Of a stretch of 64,000 nucleotides of DNA, positions 60,480 through 64,000 are shown piece after piece; within the stretch, counting starts at the first letter, position 1, and the number at the start of each line of letters is the position of its first letter. Both the position numbers and the translations under genes were made by a program. The DNA lies in the NCBI GenBank assembly GCA_965655095.1, contig OZ296648.1:89590001-89654000 (forward strand). The letters run 5' to 3'. The notes below the pieces were generated by a model. That model did no database searches. It was not told the DNA's origin and saw nothing but the letters and a program-made list of their open reading frames with translations. Source of the DNA: Haplodiscus bocki (Eukaryota).

Positions 60480-62773
60480 GTGAACGCGGACGCAAATGTA
60501 TTTTATGCTTTTTCACAATAATAACCTTCACCTTAACTTAGCTTTCATGCATTCCCAACAAAAAATGAAATCCCAATTAAACAGATTATGAAAAATCTTC
60601 AATTTTTATCGGTAATCTGTCTGTTCACATGTTCACATCAAATCCAAGGCATGCTCTCAAATGCGGCACAGAAAGAAAGAAGGACGTGAGTTGAAAAAGT
60701 TTTACATACATATATATTTTTACTCGTATTTACTATTTACACTATCCTTTTATCTATTCTGTTTACTTCTTCAAAACTCAAAAAACCCGTTATCATGCTA
60801 TCATGAAGTGCTGATCAAAAAACTTGACATGAGTAAAACAGACTGAAGCTCAAACGTATAAACAGTTTACATTAAAACCGTGAAAACAGCGGTAAGCTTC
60901 AGCTGGCAGACAAGTTTCATATACAAGTAGTCTCTAATTTTGTTTTTTTTTCCTAAGGCTCACAGACTGTTTAACATGAAAAAATGACACTTTAGGATGC
61001 TTGCATTGTAGCTACTTTGTTAAAGTTAATCCACACCAATATTCCACGTTTGGTGTCTTGACTGATCCAAATCAATATCCAGCGATATATGCTCAGTAAA
61101 ATAAACGAACATCGCTTTTCAACGTTTTTGGATGAAACCGTTGAAAAGCGATATTTAGTGCAATGCAATTTTCTGGCCTTGGAAAATTGGAAAATACATA
61201 GGGCAAGATGAATTGCATTGACATGTAATTTCATCGCTTGGAGAAAGAGACAGTGCAAAACTGTTTCAGTTTTTTCTGCGATTCAGTAATGCAATCTTTT
61301 CAACATCAATTTCCATCTACCGTGAGTGTACTGACGTTAATTGGCTCCAATAACTGCGATAGCCATGACAGTTTTCACATCTGTTTACATCTAATAAACC
61401 ACAAAGCCAACCCGTAGACAGCAGAATATTTTTTCAATGGATGATTGTCAAAGCATTTTTTTTCAATTAATCACATCGTTTTGTAACAATGATAATGCAG
61501 GCCGCCTCCAGAGGTAACTCTTAACCTCATATGTGGACCCATGATGTTTCAAAGTATCAATAGAGCATATGCTCACTGATTATCAGCTATTTGTGAAATA
61601 GAGTATCAGAATTCAACAAACTTACTTTTTTCACATAACTCACATGTCAGCATGTGACCCTTTGCAGAAGGTTGTGAAAATGTGCTTCATGGTAGCCAGA
61701 TGTTGAGATGTTAATTGACGTGGAGCACCAAAAGCCAATAAGAGCTCAACGATGGTCAGAAAAGCGTCATACCACAAATTAGGAGACGCACTTTTTCATA
61801 GCTACTACGCTAATACTTAAGCTCTGCAGTTAGAGGAACTTCACTACGAATAAGAAGCAACGCCTTGATCTGCCTTACTCACTGTACCCAGTGTAAAACA
61901 CAATTTTTCGAATCGAAACACTACTAGCGATAAACACAATCTAATCAAAAAAACAAAGATGAAAATCATATCACAAAATGAAGTTTTGAATTTGAATGAT
62001 ATTTTCCTTAATTTCTGAAACACTTCAAGCGGACGCTCATACTTTTTAAAAATAATTGAGAAGAAAATGGCCCACAGATTTAACGACACTTATACACTGG
62101 AGCAAGGATAACTTTAAAAAACTGAGTCTGAAACAAAACGCTTTTTGGAGGAGAAGAATGCAGATAGTTTTCGTCAACATATCGACTTGCCGACTGAAAA
62201 GCTGACTGATTTTACTCAATCGTAATTCAAATACTTGTTTCGATCCATCCTAAACTCCCCAGTGGCCGAGATCAAGCGCTTCCTTCTCTTAAGCGCAGCT
62301 ATCGTCGACCAATCATCGCACATATTGCGAGTTAAAAGCGTTTTTCAAAATATGGACCATTTTAGAAGATTTCATACGCACGCATTGATGGCTACCGTTG
62401 GAAGTCCTCAGTGTTGATATACGGTTTGTGGCAAATGTGGTTGAAATAATTCATTCCGAAGAACATAAAAGATCATTACCAGTCAAAATACAAACATTTT
62501 GCGCTTTTCGTAAAAACGCAGCAGACAGATTTTGATTAAAAAATGTGTCCTCATCTTAGCATTTCTGAAATTGAAACTTCTTTTTTTTTCAATGTCTTGT
62601 TAGATTGGAGGATAATCAGAGAAAAAGTGATGTTAAGAGATGCATAATCAGGAGAAAAATTGAAGCCTTTAACCTTAGTTTCCCAGCTTTGTGATTAAAA
62701 CGATAGTGATTGCCACCAGAGACCCTTGGGAAACGTTTGTTTCTGTATTCAAAAATAACTTTCAAAAGAGTAT

Positions 62774-64000
62774 TGCTCCCAAGCGTATCACTGCTTGCAG
62801 ATGGCGGACCAACGGTCAGTGGAAATGCTTGCTTTCAATTTTGCTAGCAGAACTTTCGCCTACAGAAGACTTGCACAAGGTCTTAGCAGATCTGTGTCTG
62901 CTTTTTCGAGTTTCATGCGCGAGTACTTGGACCCAGTTGTCAAAGCTGACCAATGTGCTCAATACGTGGATGACATTGGAATTGCAGCCAACGATGCTAC
63001 GGATCTTACCCGGAACATTCGGGCAGTCTTCAAGTGCATTCGCCAAGCAGGATTGAAGCTGACAATTGAAAAGTGCCGTTTTGGAGTCAGACAGGTTGAA
63101 TTCTTAGGCAGAACCATTTCATCCGAGGGAGTATTACCACAATCTCATAAAATTCAAAACTTTTTAAGCAAATTGAGATTCCCCAAATCCAAGAAGGCTT
63201 TGCCGCGCTACCTGGGCTTCGTAAACTACTACAGAAATTATATTCCCAGAATGGCTGAAAAGCTCCACCCATTCTATAAACTTTTGAAAGCAGAAGTCCC
63301 ACTCAACATCACCTCAGAATTGAAAGAAACCTTCGATTCAGTCAACAAAGCACTGAGTGATGCGTGTCAATTAGCACTTAAACAACCCATTAATGGAAAA
63401 CAGTTAGTCTTAATGACCGATGCAAGTTTCAGGAGTGCAGGCTATGCTCTTATGATTGAAGACAACCCAGATCAAAAAATCCAATCAAAAGAAAACGTAT
63501 GCACCAGTCGCGTTTGGATCAAAAGTCTTTTCCCCCGCACAGCTTAAGATGTCATTTTACTCGAAGGAATTTTTGGCAATCTACATGGCATTTCTCGAAT
63601 TTGCACACATTCTGTGGGAAACATCAAAACCGACGATTGTATTGACGGACAACAAATCAGTTACCCGGTTTTTCCAGACGAAAGCCATTCCACCATCCCT
63701 GTGGAACGCATGTGATTATGTGCTGCAGTTCAACTTTAAAATAGCACACATCGCTGGTTCAGTTAACACAGCGGCTGACTTTCTCTCAAGATTGGAACTG
63801 AAAGTTACTGAGAAAATCCATCTCAAAATCCAAGAAGATGTAGAAACAACGCCCATAGAGGTGTCAACATCTTCCTCAGATGTCGCAGATGAAGAACAAT
63901 TCTTCTTCGCGCAACCAGATAGTCAGGATGAAACTGAAGAACAAATCCTACTAAGGAAAGAACAATCTCAGAAAAATGCAGCAGATTGGGTAGTAAACCA
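62774..64000 (+). pseudogene. pol: Ty3/Gypsy pol fragment: reverse transcriptase + RNase H, 5'-truncated, runs off the window
   Basis: CSQAYHCLQ...RLAQGL...YVDD...KC.FG..QVEFLG; RNase H LMTDAS. Frameshift near 63490, then YSKEFLAI, LTDNKS and GSVNTAADFLSR. Confidence 0.93.

Noticed and set aside
1-64000. Remaining 60-140 aa track ORFs, and bacterial origin of the window
   Set aside because: The ORFs are F/K/L/S-rich products of AT-rich DNA, often with non-ATG starts. Very low coding density and LTR elements with TSDs indicate a eukaryotic genome.

Overview
This is AT-rich, repeat-dense eukaryotic (probably invertebrate animal) nuclear DNA with one 200-N scaffold gap; no rRNA, tRNA or CRISPR array was seen, and most short ORFs in the supplied track look like noise. 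(1) A Ty3/Gypsy LTR retrotransposon family (family A) occurs as a pol-deleted copy (11114-~17940), a diverged gag fragment (~18040-19925) and a TSD-flanked solo LTR (54496-56197, minus). A 5'-truncated Gypsy RT-RNase H fragment (62774-end) may belong to the same family. Family A has an unusual architecture: gag starts ~400 nt inside the LTR and reads through the LTR end and PBS, and U3 carries a conserved ~55-codon coding segment that matches the C-terminus of an unknown 3' accessory ORF. (2) A second family (B) is present as two very long solo LTRs (34610-38226, 49635-51980) with 4-bp TSDs; one has a duplicated CCAAT-YY1-TATA promoter and a perfect 26-bp minisatellite. (3) Heavily decayed Maverick/Polinton genes invisible to the ORF track are scattered through the window: protein-primed PolB, two integrases and a major capsid protein. 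(4) There are MITE-like and dispersed repeats. (5) An intronless NERD nuclease + SF1-like P-loop gene (58957-60479) is split by a single -1 frameshift at A_AAA_AAG. All protein assignments come from manual translation and motif recognition, not database searches.
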